From Eledone cirrhosa (lineage: Eukaryota), in the NCBI GenBank assembly GCA_964016885.1, contig OZ024755.1, positions 44,516,001 to 44,580,000 on the forward strand: a stretch of 64,000 nucleotides of DNA, in the 5' to 3' direction. The position numbers and the translations under genes were made by a program. Positions 45,801 to 61,460 of this stretch are shown one piece after another. Positions within the stretch are counted from its first letter, which is position 1, and every line of letters starts with the position of its first letter. The notes under the pieces are model-generated. The model did not search any database. It was not told the DNA's origin and worked only from the letters and a program-made list of their open reading frames with translations.

Positions 45801-48800
45801 TGTACCTCAGTTAACAGTACCCACATATACTGTGTACCACAGTTGACAGTACCATCATATACTGTGAACCACAGTTGACAGTTCCAACGTATACTGTGTA
45901 CCAGAATTGACAGTACCAACATATACTGTGTACCACAGTTGACAGTACCAAAATATACTGTGTACCACAGCTGACATTACCAACATATACTTGTAACTCT
46001 GTTGACAGTACTAACATATACTGTGTACCACAGTTGACTGTACCAACGTATACTGTGTACCACAGTTGAAAGTACCAACGTATACTCTGTACCACAGTTG
46101 ACAGTACCAACATATACTGTGTACCACATTTGACAGTTCCATCATATACTGTGTACCACAGTTTACAGTACCAACATATACTGTGTACCACAGTTGACAG
46201 TACCAACGTATACTGTGTACCACAGTTGACAGTACCAACATATACTGTGTACCACAGTTCACAGTACCAACATATACAGTGTACCACAATTGACAGTACC
46301 AACATATACTGTGTACCACAGTTGACAGTACCAACATGTACCGTGTACCACATTTGACAGTACCAACGTATACAGTGTACGACAGTTGACAATACCAACA
46401 TATACTGTGTACCACGGTTGACAGTACCAACATATACTGTATACCACAGTTGACAGTACCAACATATACAGTGTACCAGAGTTGACAGTACCAACATATA
46501 CTGTGTACCACAGTTGACAGTACCAACATATACTGTATATCACAGTTGACAGTACCAACATATACTGTGTACCACTGTTGACAGTACCAACATATACCGT
46601 GTACCACAGTTGACAGTACCAACATATACTGTGTACCACAGCTGACACTACCAACATATACTTGTACCTCATTTTACAGTACTACAATATATTGTGTACC
46701 ACCGTTGACAATACCAACGTATACTGTGTACCACAGTTGACAGTACCAACGTATACTGTGTACCACAGTTGACAGTACCAACATATACTGTGTACCACAG
46801 TTGACAATACCAACACATACTGTGTACCACAGTTGACAGTACCAACGTATACTGTGTACCACAGTTGCCAATGCCAACATATACTGTGTACCACAGTTGA
46901 CGGTACCAACATATACTGTGTACCACAGTTGACAGTACCAACATATTCTGTGTACCACAGTTGACAGTACCAACATATACTGTGTACCACAGTTGACAGT
47001 ACCAATGTATACTGTGTACCACTGTTGACAGTACCAAAATATACTGTGTACCACAGTTGACAGTACCAACGTATACTGTGTACCAGAGTTGACAGTACCA
47101 ACATATATCGTGTACCACAGTTGACAGTACCAACATATACTGTGTACCACAGTTGACAGTACCAACATGTACTGTGTACCACAGTTGACAGTGCCAACAT
47201 ATACTGTGTACCACATTTGGCAGTACCAACATATACTGTGTACCTCAGTTGACAGTACCAACATATACTGTGTACCAAAGTTGACAGTACCAACGTATAC
47301 TGTGTACCACTGTTGACAGTACCAACGTATACAGTGTACCACAGTTGACAGTACAAACATATACTGTGTAACACAGTTGACAATACCAACATATACTGTG
47401 TAGCACAGTTGACAGTACCAACATATACTGTATACCACAGTTGACAGTACCAACATATACAGTGTACCAGAGTTGACAGTACCAACATATACCGTGTACC
47501 ACAGTTGACAGTACCAACATATACTGTGTACCACAGCTGACACTACCAACATATACTTGTACCACATTTTACAGTACTACAATATATTGTGTACCACCGT
47601 TGACAATACCAACGTATACTGTGTACCACAGTTGACAGTACCAACGTATACTGTGTACCACAGTTGACAGTACCAACATATACTGTGTACCACAGTTGAC
47701 AATACCAGCATATACTGTGTACCACAGTTGACAATACCAACACATACTGTGTACCACAGTTGACAGTACCAACGTATACTGTGTACCACAGTTGCCAATG
47801 CCAACATATACTGTGTACCACAGTTGACAGTACCAACATATACTGTGTACCACAGTTGACAGTACCAACATATTCTGTGTACCACAGTTGACAGTACCAA
47901 CATATACTGTGTACCACAGTTGACAGTACCAATGTATACTGTGTACCACTGTTGACAGTACAAAAATATACTGTGTACCACAGTTGACAGTACCAACGTA
48001 TACTGTGTACCAGAGTTGACAGTACCAACATATAACGTGTACCACAGTTGACAGTACCAACATATACTGTGTACCACAGTTGACAGTACCAACATGTACT
48101 GTGTACCACAGTTGACAGTGGCAACATATACTGTGTACCACATTTGGCAGTACCAACATATACAGTGTACCTCAGTTGACAGTACCAACATATACTGTGT
48201 ACCAAAGTTGACAGTACCAACGTATACTGTGTACCACAGTTGACAGTACCAACGTATACAGTGTACCACAGTTGACAGTACAAACATATACTGTGTAACA
48301 CAGTTGACAATACCAACATATACTGTGTACCACAGTTGACAGTACCAACGTATACTGTGTACCACTGTTGACAGTACCAACATATACTGTGTACCACAAT
48401 TGACAGTACCAACATATACTGTGTACCACAGTTGACAGTACCAACATGTACCTTGAACCACAATTGACAGTACCAACGTATACTGTGTACCACAGTTGAG
48501 AGTGCCAACGTATAGTATGTACCACAGTTGACAGTACCAACATATACTGTGTACCACAGTTGACAGTACCAACATATACTGTGTACCACAGTTCACAGTA
48601 CCAACGTATACTGTGTACCACATTTGACAGTACCAACATATACTGTGTACCACAGTTGACAGTACCAACATATACTGTGTACCACAGTTGCCAATGCCAA
48701 CATATACTGTGTACCACAGTTGACAGGTACCAACATATACTGTGTACCTCAGTTGACAGTACCAACATATACTGTGTACCACAGTTGACAGTACCAATGT

Positions 48801-51198
48801 ATACTGTGTACCACTGTTGACAGTACCAAAATATACTGTGTACCACAGTTGACAGTACCAACATATACTGTGTACCAGAGATGACAGTACCAACATATAC
48901 TGTGTACCACAGTTGACAGTACTAACATATACTGTGTACTACAGTTGACAGAACCAACATATACTGTGTACCACAGTTGACAGTACCAACATGTACTGTG
49001 TACCACAGTTGACAGTGCCAACATATACTGTGTACCACAGTTGACAGTACCAACATATACTGTGTACCACAGTTGACAGTACCAACATATACTGTGTACC
49101 ACAGTTGACAGTACCAATGTATAATGTGTACCACAGTTGACAGTACCAACATATACTGTGTACCACAGTTGACAGTACCAACATATACTGTGTACCATAG
49201 TTGACATTACCAACGTATATTGTGTTCCACAGTTGACAGTACCAACATGTACTGTGTACCACAGTTGACAGTACCAACGTATACTGTGTACCACAGTTGA
49301 CAGTACCAACGTATACTGTGTACCACAGTTGACAGTACCAACATATAACGTGTACCACAGTTGGCAGTACCATCATATACTGTGTACCACAGTTGACAGT
49401 ACCAACATATATTGTGTACCACAGTTGACAGTACCAACATATACTGTGTACCATAGTTGACATTACCAACGTATATTGTGTACCACAGTTGACAGTACCA
49501 ACATATCATGTGTACCTCAGTTGACAGTACCAACATATACTGTATACCACAGTTGACAGTACCAACATATACTGTGTACCACTGTTGACAGTACCAATAT
49601 ATACCGTGTACCACAGTTGACAGTACCAACATATACTGTGTACCACAGCTGACACTACCAACATATACTTGTACCTCAGTTGACAGTACTACCATATATT
49701 GTGTACCACCGTTGACAATACCAACGTATACTGTGTACCACAGTTGACAGTACCAACGTATACTGTGCACCACATTTGACAGTACCAACATATACTGTGT
49801 ACCACAGTTGACAATACCAACATATACTGTGTACCACAGTTGACAATACCAACACATATAGTGTACCACAGTTGACAGTACCAACGTATATTGTGAACCA
49901 CAGTTGACAATGCCAACATATACTGTGTACCACAGTTGAGAGTACCAACATGTACCGTGTACCACAGTTGACAGTACCAACGTATACTGTGTACCACAGT
50001 TGACAATACCAACATATACTGTTACCACAGTTGACAGTACCAACATATACTGTGTACCACAGTTGAAAGTACCAACGTATACTGTGTACCACAGTTGACA
50101 ACACCAACATATACTGTGTACCACAGTTGACAGTACCAACATATACTGTATACCACAGTTGACAGTACCAACATATACTGTGTACCACAGTTGACAGTAC
50201 CAACATATACTGTGTACCACAGTTGACAGTACCAACATATACTGTATACCACAGTTGACAGTACCAACATATACTGTGTACCACTGTTGACAGTACCAAC
50301 ATATACCGTGTACCACAGTTGACAGTACCAACATATACTGTGTACCACAGCTGACACTACCAACATATACTTGTACTTCAGTTGACAGTACTACCATATA
50401 TTGTGTACCACCGTTGACAATACCAACGTATACTGTGTACCACAGTTGACAGTACCAACGTATACTGTGCACCACAGTTGACAGTACCAACATATACTGT
50501 GTACCACAGTTGACAATACCAACATATACTGTGTACCACAGTTGACAATACCAACACATATAGTGTACCACAGTTGACAGTACCAACGTATACTGTGTAC
50601 CACAGTTGCCAATGCCAACATATACTGTGTACCACAGTTGAGAGTACCAACATATACTGTGTACCACAGTTGACAGTACCAACATATACTGTGTACCACA
50701 GTTGACAGTACCAACATATACTGTGTACCACAGTTGACAGTACAAATGTATACTGTGTACCACAGTTGACAGTACCAACATATACTGTGTACCACAGTTG
50801 ACAGTACCAACATATACTGTGTACCCTAGTTGACATTACCAACGTATATCGTGTACCACAGTTGACAGTACCAACATGTACTGTGTACCACAGTTGACAG
50901 TACCAACGTATACTGTGTACCACAGTTGACAGTACCAACGTATACTGTGTACCACAGTTGACAGTACCAACATATAACGTGTACCACAGTTGGCAGTACC
51001 ATCATATACTGTGTACCACAGTTGACAGTACCAACATATATTGTGTACCACAGTTGACAGTACCAACATATACTGTGTACCATAGTTGACATTACCAACG
51101 TATATTGTGTACCACAGTTGACAGTACCAACATGCACCGTGTACAACAGTTGACAGTACCAACATATACTGTGTACCACAGTTGCGAGTACCAACATA
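36801..51198. repeat. Near-perfect tandem duplication of a 7,193-bp segment (36801-43993 and 43994-51186; identity extends to 51198)
   Basis: ORFs recur with identical translations at +7193 (36887/44080, 37511/44704, 40384/47577, 42014/49207, 43185/50378). Flanking mismatches lie at 36800/43993 and 44006/51199. One difference lies near the left edge (36880 T vs 44073 C). Confidence 0.95.
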
Positions 51199-54100
51199 AA
51201 CTGTGTACCACAGTTGACAGTACCAACATATACTGTGTACCACAGTTGACAGTACCAACATATACTGTATACCACAGTTGACAGTACCAACATATACTGT
51301 GTACCATAGTTGACAGTACCAAGATATACTGTGTACCACAGTTGACAGTACCAACATATACTGTGTACCACAGTTGACAGTACTAACGTATACTGTGTAC
51401 TACAGTTGACAGTACCAACATATACTGTGTACCACAGTTGACAGTACCAACATGTACTGTGTACCACAGTTGACAGTACCAACATATACTGTGTACCACA
51501 GTTGGCAGTACCAACATATACAGTGTACCACAGTTGACAGTACCAACATATACTGTGTACCACATTTGACAGTACCAACATATACTGTGTACCACAGTTG
51601 ACAGTACCAACATGTACCGTGAACCACAGTTGACAGTACCAACATATACTGTGTACAACAGTTGAGAGTACCAACGTATAGTACGTACCACAGTTGACAG
51701 TACCAACATATACTGTGTACCACAGCTGACAGTACCAACATATACTGTGTACCACAGTTCACAGTACCAAAGTATACTGTGTACCACATTTGACAGTACC
51801 AACATATACTGTGTACCACAGTTGACAGTACCAACATATACTGTGTACCACTGTTGACAGTACCAACATGTACCGTGTACCACAGTTGACAGTAGCAACG
51901 TATACTGTGTACCACAGTTGACAATACCAACATATACTGTGTACCACAGTTGACAGTACCAACATATACTGTGTACCTCAGTTAACAGTACCCACATATA
52001 CTGTGTACCACAGTTGACAGTACCAACATATACTGTGTACCACAGTTGACAGTATAAACATATACTGTGTACCACAGTTGACAGTACCATCATATACTGT
52101 GTGCCACAGTTAACAGTACCAACATATACTGTGTACCACAGTTGACAGTACCAACGTATACTGTCTACCACAGTTGACAGTACCAACATATACTGTGTAC
52201 CACAGTTGACAGTACCAACATATACAGTGTACCACAGTTGACAGTACCAACATATACTGTGTACCACAGTTGACAGTACAAACATATACTGTGTACCACA
52301 GCTGACACTACCAACATATACTTGTACCTCAGTTGACAGTACTAACATATACTATGTACCACAGTTGACAGTACCAACATATACTGTGTACCACAGTTGA
52401 CAGTACCAACATATACTGTGTACCACAGTTGACAGTACCAACATATACTCGGTGCCACTTTTCACAGTACCAACATATACTGTGTACCACAGTTGACAAT
52501 ACCAACGTATACTGTGTACCACATTTGACAGTACCAACGTATACTGTGTAGCACAGTTGACAATGCCATCATATAGTGTGTACCACATTTGACAGTACCA
52601 ACATATACTGTGTACCACATTTGACAGTACCATCTTATACTGTGTACCACAGTTGACAGTACCAACGTATACTGTGTACCACAGTTGAAAGTACCCACGT
52701 ATACTGTGTACCACAGTTGACAGTACCAACATATACTGTGTACCACAGTTGACAGTACAAACGTATACTGTGTAACACAGTTGACAATACCAACATATAC
52801 TGTGTACCACAGTTGACAGTACCAACATATACTGTATACCACAGTTGACAGTACCAACATATACTGTGTACCACAGTTGACAGTACCAACATATACTGTG
52901 TACCACAGTTGACAATACCAACATATACTGTATACCACAGTCGACAGTACCAACATATACTGTGTACCAGTGTTGACAGTACCAACATATACTGTGTACC
53001 ACAGTTGACAGTACCAACATATACTGTGTACCACAGCTGACACTACCAAAATATACTTGTACCTCAGTTGACAGTACTAACATATATTGTGTACCACCGT
53101 TGACAGTACCAACGTATACTGTGTACCACAGTTGCCAATGCCAACATATACTGTGTACCACAGTTGACAGTACCAACATATACTGTGTACCACAGTTGAC
53201 AGTACCAACATATACTGTGAACCACAGTTGACAGTATCAACATATACTGTGTACCACAGTTGACAGTACCAATGTATACTGTGTACCACTGTTGACAGTA
53301 CCAAAATATACTGTGTACAACAGTTGACAGTACCAACGTATACTGTGTACCACAGTTGACAGTACCAACATATACTGTGTACCACAGTTAACAGTACCAA
53401 CATATACTGTGTACCACAGTTGACAGTACTAACATATACTGTGTACCACAGTTGGCAGTACCAACATATACAGTGTACCTCAGATGACAGTACCAACATA
53501 TACTGTGTACCACAATTGACAATACCAACATATACTGTGTACCACAGTTGACAGTACCAACATATACTGTGTACCACAGTTGACAGTACCAACATATACT
53601 GTGTACCACAGTTGACAGTACCAACATATACTGTGTACCTCAGTTAACAGTACCCACATATACTGTGTACCACAGTTGACAGTACCATCATATACTGTGT
53701 ACCACAGTTGACAGTTCCAACGTATACTGTGTACCAGAATTGACAGTACCAACATATACTGTGTTCCACAGTTGACAGTACCAAAATATACTGTGTACCA
53801 CAGCTGACATTACCAACATATACTTGTAACTCTGTTGACAGTACTAACATATACTGTGTACCACAGTTGACTGTACCAACGTATACTGTGTACCACAGTT
53901 GACAGTACCAACATATACTGTGTACCACAGTTGACAATACCAACATATATTGTGTACCACAGTTGACAGTACCAACGTATACTGTGTACCACTGGTGACA
54001 GTACCAACATATACTGTGTACCACGTTTGACAGTACCAACATATACAGTGAACCACAGTTGACAGTACCAACATATACTGTGTACCACAGTTGACAGTAC

Positions 54101-54899
54101 CAACATATAGTGTGTACCACAGCTGACACTACCAACATATACTTGTACCTCAGTTGACAGTACTAACATATACTGTGTACCACAGTTGACAGTACCAACG
54201 TATACTGTGTACCACAGTTGAAAGTACCTATATATACTGTTTACCACAGTTGACAGTACCAACATATACAGTGTACCACATTTGACAGTACCATCATATA
54301 CTGTGTACCACAGTTGACAGTACCAACATATACTGTGTACCACAGTTGACAGTACCAACGTATACTGTGTACCACAGTTGACAGTACCAACATATACTGT
54401 GTACCACAGTTCAGAGTACCAACATATACAGTGTACCACAATTGACAGTACCAACATATACTGTGTACCACAGTTGAGAGTACCAACATATACTGTGTAC
54501 CACAGTTGACAGTACCAACATGTACCGTGTACCACATTTGACAGTACCAACATATACTGTATACCACAGTTGACAGTACCAACATATACAGTGTACCAGA
54601 GTTGACAGTACCAACATATACTGTGTACAACAGTTGACAGTACCAACATATACTGTATACCACAGTTGACAGTACCAACATATACTGTGTACCACTGTTG
54701 ATAGTACCAACACATATAGTGTACCACAGTTGACAGTACCAACATATACTGTGTACCACAGTTGAAAGTACCAACGTATACTGTGTACCACAGTTGAAAG
54801 TACCTATATATACTGTTTACCACAGTTGACAGTACCAACATATACAGTGTACCACATTTGACAGTACCATCATATACTGTGTACCACAGTTGACAATAC

Positions 54900-57800
54900 C
54901 AACATGTACCGTGTACCACAGTTGACACTACCAACGTATACTGTGTACCACAGTTGACAATACCAACATATACTGTGTACCACAGTTGACAGTACCAACA
55001 TATACTGTGTACCACAGTTGAAAGTACCAACGTATACTGTGTACCACAGTTGACAACACCAACATATACTGTGTACCACAGTTGACAGTACCAAGATATA
55101 CTGTATACCACAGTTGACAGTACCAACATATACTGTGTACCACAGTTGACAGTACCGACATATACTGTGTACCACAGTTGACAGTACCAACATATACTGT
55201 ATACCACAGTTGACAGTACCAACATATACTGTGTACCACTGTTGACAGTACCAACATATACTGTGTACCACAGTTGACAGTACCAACATATACTGTGTAC
55301 CACAGCTGACACTACCAACATATACTTGTACCTCAGTTGACAGTACTACCATATATTGTGTACTACCGTTGACAATACCAACGTATACTGTGTACCACAG
55401 TTGACAGTACCAACGTATACTGTGCACCACAGTTGACAGTACCAAAATATACTGTGTACCACAGTTGACAATACCAACATATACTGTGTACCACAGTTGA
55501 CAATACCAACACATATAGTGTACCACAGTTGACAGTACCAACGTATACTGTGTACCACAGTTGCCAATGCCAACATATACTGTGTACCACAGTTGAGAGT
55601 ACCAACATATACTGTGTACCACAGTTGACAGTACCAACATATACTGTGTACCACAGTTGACAGTACCAACATATACTGTGTACCACAGTTGACAGTACCA
55701 ATGTATAATGTGTACCACAGTTGACAGTACCAACATATACTGTGTACCACAGTTGACAGTACCAACATATAATGTGTACCATAGTTGACATTACCAACGT
55801 ATATTGTGTTCCACAGTTGACAGTACCAACATATACTGTGTACCACAGTTGACAGTACCAACGTATACTGTGTACCACAGTTGACAGTACCAACGTATAC
55901 TGTGTACCACAGTTGACAGTACCAACATATAACGTGTACCACAGTTGGCAGTACCATCATATACTGTGTACCACAGTTGACAGTACCAACATATATTGTG
56001 TACCACAGTTGACAGTACCAACATATAATGTGTACCACAGTTGACAATACCAACATATACTGTGTACCACAGTTGACAATACCAACACATATAGTGTACC
56101 ACAGTTGACAGTACCAACGTATATTGTGTACCACAGTTGCCAATGCCAACATATACTGTGTACCACAGTTGACAGTACCAACATATACTGTGTACCACAG
56201 TTGACAATACCAACATATACTGTGTACCACAGTTGACAGTACCAACATATACTGTATACCACAGTTGACAGTACCAACATATACTGTGTACCACAGTTGA
56301 CAGTACCAACATATACTGTGTACCACAGTTGACAGTACCAACATATACTGTATACCACAGTCGACAGTACCAACATATACTGTGTACCAGTGTTGACAGT
56401 ACCAACATACACTGTGTACCACAGTTGACAGTACCAACATATACTGTGTACCACAGCTGACACTACCAAAATATACTTGTACCTCAGTTGACAGTACTAA
56501 CATATATTGTGTACCACCGTTGACAGTACCAACGTATACTGTGTACCACAGTTGCCAATGCCAACATATACTGTGTACCACAGTTGACAGTACCAACATA
56601 TACTGTGAACCACAGTTGACAGTATCAACATATAATGTGTACCACAGTTGACAGTACCAATGTATACTGTGTACTACTGTTGACAGTACCAAAATATACT
56701 GTGTACCACAGTTGAAAGTACCAACGTATACTGTGTACCACAGTTGACAGTACCAACATATACTGTGTACCACAGTTAACAGTACCAACATATACTATGT
56801 ACCACAGTTGACAGTACTAACATATAATGTGTACCACAGTTGGCAGTACCAACATATACTGTGTACCTCAGATGACAGTACCAACATATACTGTGTACCA
56901 CAATTGACAATGCCAACATATACTATGTACCACAGTTGACAGTTCCAACATATACTGTGTACCACAGTTGAAAGTACCAACATATACTGTGTACCACAGT
57001 TGACAGTACCAACATATACTGTGTACCTCAGTTAACAGTACCCACATATACTGTGTACCACAGTTGACAGTACCATCATATACTGTGTACCACAGTTGAC
57101 AGTTCCAACGTATACTGTGTAACAGAATTGACAGTACCAACATATACTGTGTACCACAGTTGACAGTACCAAAATATACTGTGTACCACAGCTGACATTA
57201 CCAACATATACTTGTAACTCTGTTGACAGTACTAACATATACTGTGTACCACAGTTGACTGTACCAACGTATACTGTGTACCACAGTTGAAAGTACCAAC
57301 GTATACTCTGTACCACAGTTGACAGTACCAACATATACTGTGTACCACAGCTGACACTACCAACATATACTTGTACCTCAGTTGACAGTACTAACATATA
57401 CTGTGTACCACAGTTGACAGTACCAACGTATACTGTGTACCACAGTTGAAAGTACCTATATATACTGTTTACCACAGTTGACAGTACCAACATATACAGT
57501 GTACCACATTTGACAGTACCATCATATACTGTGTACCACAGTTGACAATACCAACATATACTGTGTACCACAGTTGACAGTACCAACGTATACTGTGTAC
57601 CACAGTTGACAGTACCAACATATACTGTGTAACACAGTTGACAATACCAACATATACTGTGTACCACAGTTGACAGTACCAACATATACTGTATACCACA
57701 GTTGACAGTACCAACATATACAGTGTACCAGAGTTGACAGTACCAACATATACTGTGTACCACAGTTGACAGTACCAACATATACTGTATACCACAGTTG

Positions 57801-60800
57801 ACAGTACCAACATATACTGTGTACCACTGTTGACAGTACCAACATATACCGTGTACCACAGTTGACAGTACCAACATATACTGTGTACCACAGCTGACAC
57901 TACCAACATATACTTGTACCTCATTTTACAGTACTACAATATATTGTGTACCACCGTTGACAATACCAACGTATACTGTGTACCACAGTTGACAGTACCA
58001 ACGTATACTGTGTACCACAGTTGACAGTACCAACATATACTGTGTATCACAGTTGACAATACCAGCATATACTGTGTACCACAGTTGACAATACCAACAC
58101 ATACTGTGTACCACAGTTGACAGTACCAACGTATACTGTGTACCACAGTTGCCAATGCCAACATATACTGTGTACCACAGTTGACAGTACCAACATATAC
58201 TGTGTACCACAGTTGACAGTACCAACATATTCTGTGTACCACAGTTGACAGTACCAACATATACTGTGTACCACAGTTGACAGTACCAATGTATACTGTG
58301 TACTACTGTTGAGAGTACCAAAATATACTGTGTACCACAGTTGACAGTACCGACGTATACTGTGTACCAGAGTTGACAGTACCAACATATAACGTGTACC
58401 ACAGTTGACAGTACCAACATATACTGTGTACCACAGTTGACAGTACCAACATGTACTGTGTACCACAGTTGACAGTGCCAACATATACTGTGTACCACAT
58501 TTGGCAGTACCAACATATACTGTGTACCTCAGTTGACAGTACCAACATATACTGTGTACCAAAGTTGACAGTACCAACGTATACTGTGTACCACAGTTGA
58601 CAGTACCAACGTATACAGTGTACCACAGTTGACAGTACAAACATATACTGTGTAACACAGTTGACAATACCAACATATACTGTGTACCACAGTTGACAGT
58701 ACCAACGTATACTGTGTACCACTGTTGACAGTACCAACATATACTGTGTACCACAATTGACAGTACCAACATATACTGTGTACCACAGTTGACAGTACCA
58801 ACATGTACCGTGAACCACAATTGACAGTACCAACGTATACTGTGTACCACAGTTGAGAGTACCAACGTATAGTATGTACCACAGTTGACAGTACCAACAT
58901 ATACTGTGTACCACAGTTGACAGTACCAACATATACTGTGTACCACAGTTGACAGTACCAACATATACTGTGTACCACAGTTGCCAATGCCAACATATAC
59001 TGTGTACCACAGTTGACAGGTACCAACATATACTGTGTACCACAGTTGACAGTACCAACATATACTGTGTACCACAGTTGACAGTACCAATGTATACTGT
59101 GTACCACTGTTGACAGTACCAAAATATACTGTGTACCACAGTTGACAGTACTAACATATACTGTGTACTACAGTTGACAGTACCAACATATATTGTGTAC
59201 CACAGTTGACAGTACTAACATATACTGTGTACTACAGTTGACAGAACCAACATATACTGTGTACCACAGTTGACAGTACCAACATGTACTGTGTACCACA
59301 GTTGACAGTGCCAACATATACTGTATACCACAGTTGACAGTACCAACATATACTGTGTACCACAGTTGACAGTACCAACATATACTGTGTACCACAGTTG
59401 ACAGTACCAATGTATAATGTGTACCACAGTTGACAGTACCAACATATACTGTGTACCACAGTTGACAGTACCAACATATACTGTGTACCATAGTTGACAT
59501 TACCAACGTATATTGTGTTCCACAGTTGACAGTACCAACATGTACTGTGTACCACAGTTGACAGTACCAACGTATACTGTGTACCACAGTTGACAGTACC
59601 AACGTATACTGTGTACCACAGTTGACAGTACCAACATATAACGTGTACCACAGTTGGCAGTACCATCATATACTGTGTACCACAGTTGACAGTACCAACA
59701 TATATTGTGTACCACAGTTGACAGTACCAACATATACTGTGTACCATAGTTGACATTACCAACGTATATTGTGTACCACAGTTGACAGTACCAACATATC
59801 CTGTGTACCTCAGTTGACAGTACCAACATATACTGTATACCACAGTTGACAGTACCAACATATACTGTGTACCACTGTTGACAGTACCAATATATACCGT
59901 GTACCACAGTTGACAGTACCAACATATACTGTGTACCACAGCTGACACTACCAACATATACTTGTACCTCAGTTGACAGTACTACCATATATTGTGTACC
60001 ACCGTTGACAATACCAACGTATACTGTGTACCACAGTTGAAAGTACCAACGTATACTGTGCACCACATTTGACAGTACCAACATATACTGTGTACCACAG
60101 TTGACAATACCAACATATACTGTGTACCACAGTTGACAATACCAACACATATAGTGTACCACAGTTGACAGTACCAACGTATATTGTGTACCACAGTTGC
60201 CAATGCCAACATATACTGTGTACCACAGTTGAGAGTACCAACATGTACCGTGTACCACAGTTGACAGTACCAACGTATACTGTGTACCACAGTTGACAAT
60301 ACCAACATATACTGTGTACCACAGTTGACAGTACCAACATATACTGTGTACCACAGTTGAAAGTACCAACGTATACTGTGTACCACAGTTGACAACACCA
60401 ACATATACTGTGTACCACAGTTGACAGTACCAACATATACTGTATACCACAGTTGACAGTACCAACATATACTGTGTACCACAGTTGACAGTACCAACAT
60501 ATACTGTGTACCACAGTTGACAGTACCAACATATACTGTATACCACAGTTGACAGTACCAACATATACTGTGTACCACTGTTGACAGTACCAACATATAC
60601 CGTGTACCACAGTTGACAATACCAACATATACTTGTACTTCAGTTGACAGTACTACCATATATTGTGTACCACCGTTGACAATACCAACGTATACTGTGT
60701 ACCACAGTTGACAGTACCAACGTATACTGTGCACCACAGTTGACAGTACCAACATATACTGTGTACCACAGTTGACAATACCAACATATACTGTGTACCA

Positions 60801-61460
60801 CAGTTGACAATACCAACACATATAGTGTACCACAGTTGACAGTACCAACGTATACTGTGTACCACAGTTGCCAATGCCAACATATACTGTGTACCACAGT
60901 TGAGAGTACCAACATATACTGTGTACCACAGTTGACAGTACCAACATATACTGTGTACCACAGTTGACAGTACCAACATATACTGTGTACCACAGTTGAC
61001 AGTACCAATGTATACTGTGTACCACAGTTGACAGTACCAACATATACTGTGTACCACAGTTGACAGTACCAACATATACTGTGTACCCTAGTTGACATTA
61101 CCAACGTATATCGTGTACCACAGTTGACAGTACCAACATGTACTGTGTACCACAGTTGACAGTACCAACGTATACTGTGTACCACAGTTGACAGTACCAA
61201 CGTATACTGTGTACCACAGTTGACAATACCAACATATAACGTGTACCACAGTTGGCAGTACCATCATATACTGTGTACCACAGTTGACATTACCAACATA
61301 TATTGTGTACCACAGTTGACAGTACCAACATATACTGTGTACCATAGTTGACATTACCAACGTATATTGTGTACCACAGTTGACAGTACCAACATACACC
61401 GTGTACAACAGTTGACAGTACCAACATATACTGTGTACCACAGTTGCGAGTACCAACATA
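54900..61460. repeat. Older, diverged and internally rearranged third copy of the roughly 7-kb unit
   Basis: Rare markers recur in the same order as in 36.5-44 kb: CAGTCGAC (about 37926/45119/56359), CCTCAGATGAC, AGAATTGAC, CATTTTACAG, the CAGGTACC insertion (about 41531/48724/59017), TTGTACTTCAG and GTTGCGAG. Offsets step from about 18.4 to 17.5 kb. Confidence 0.8.

Noticed and set aside
23096-48820. Short plus-strand ORFs (23096, 38937, 41367, 43912, 46130, 48560)
   Set aside because: They occur where point variants remove the monomer's TGA in one frame, and their translations are simply the repeat.
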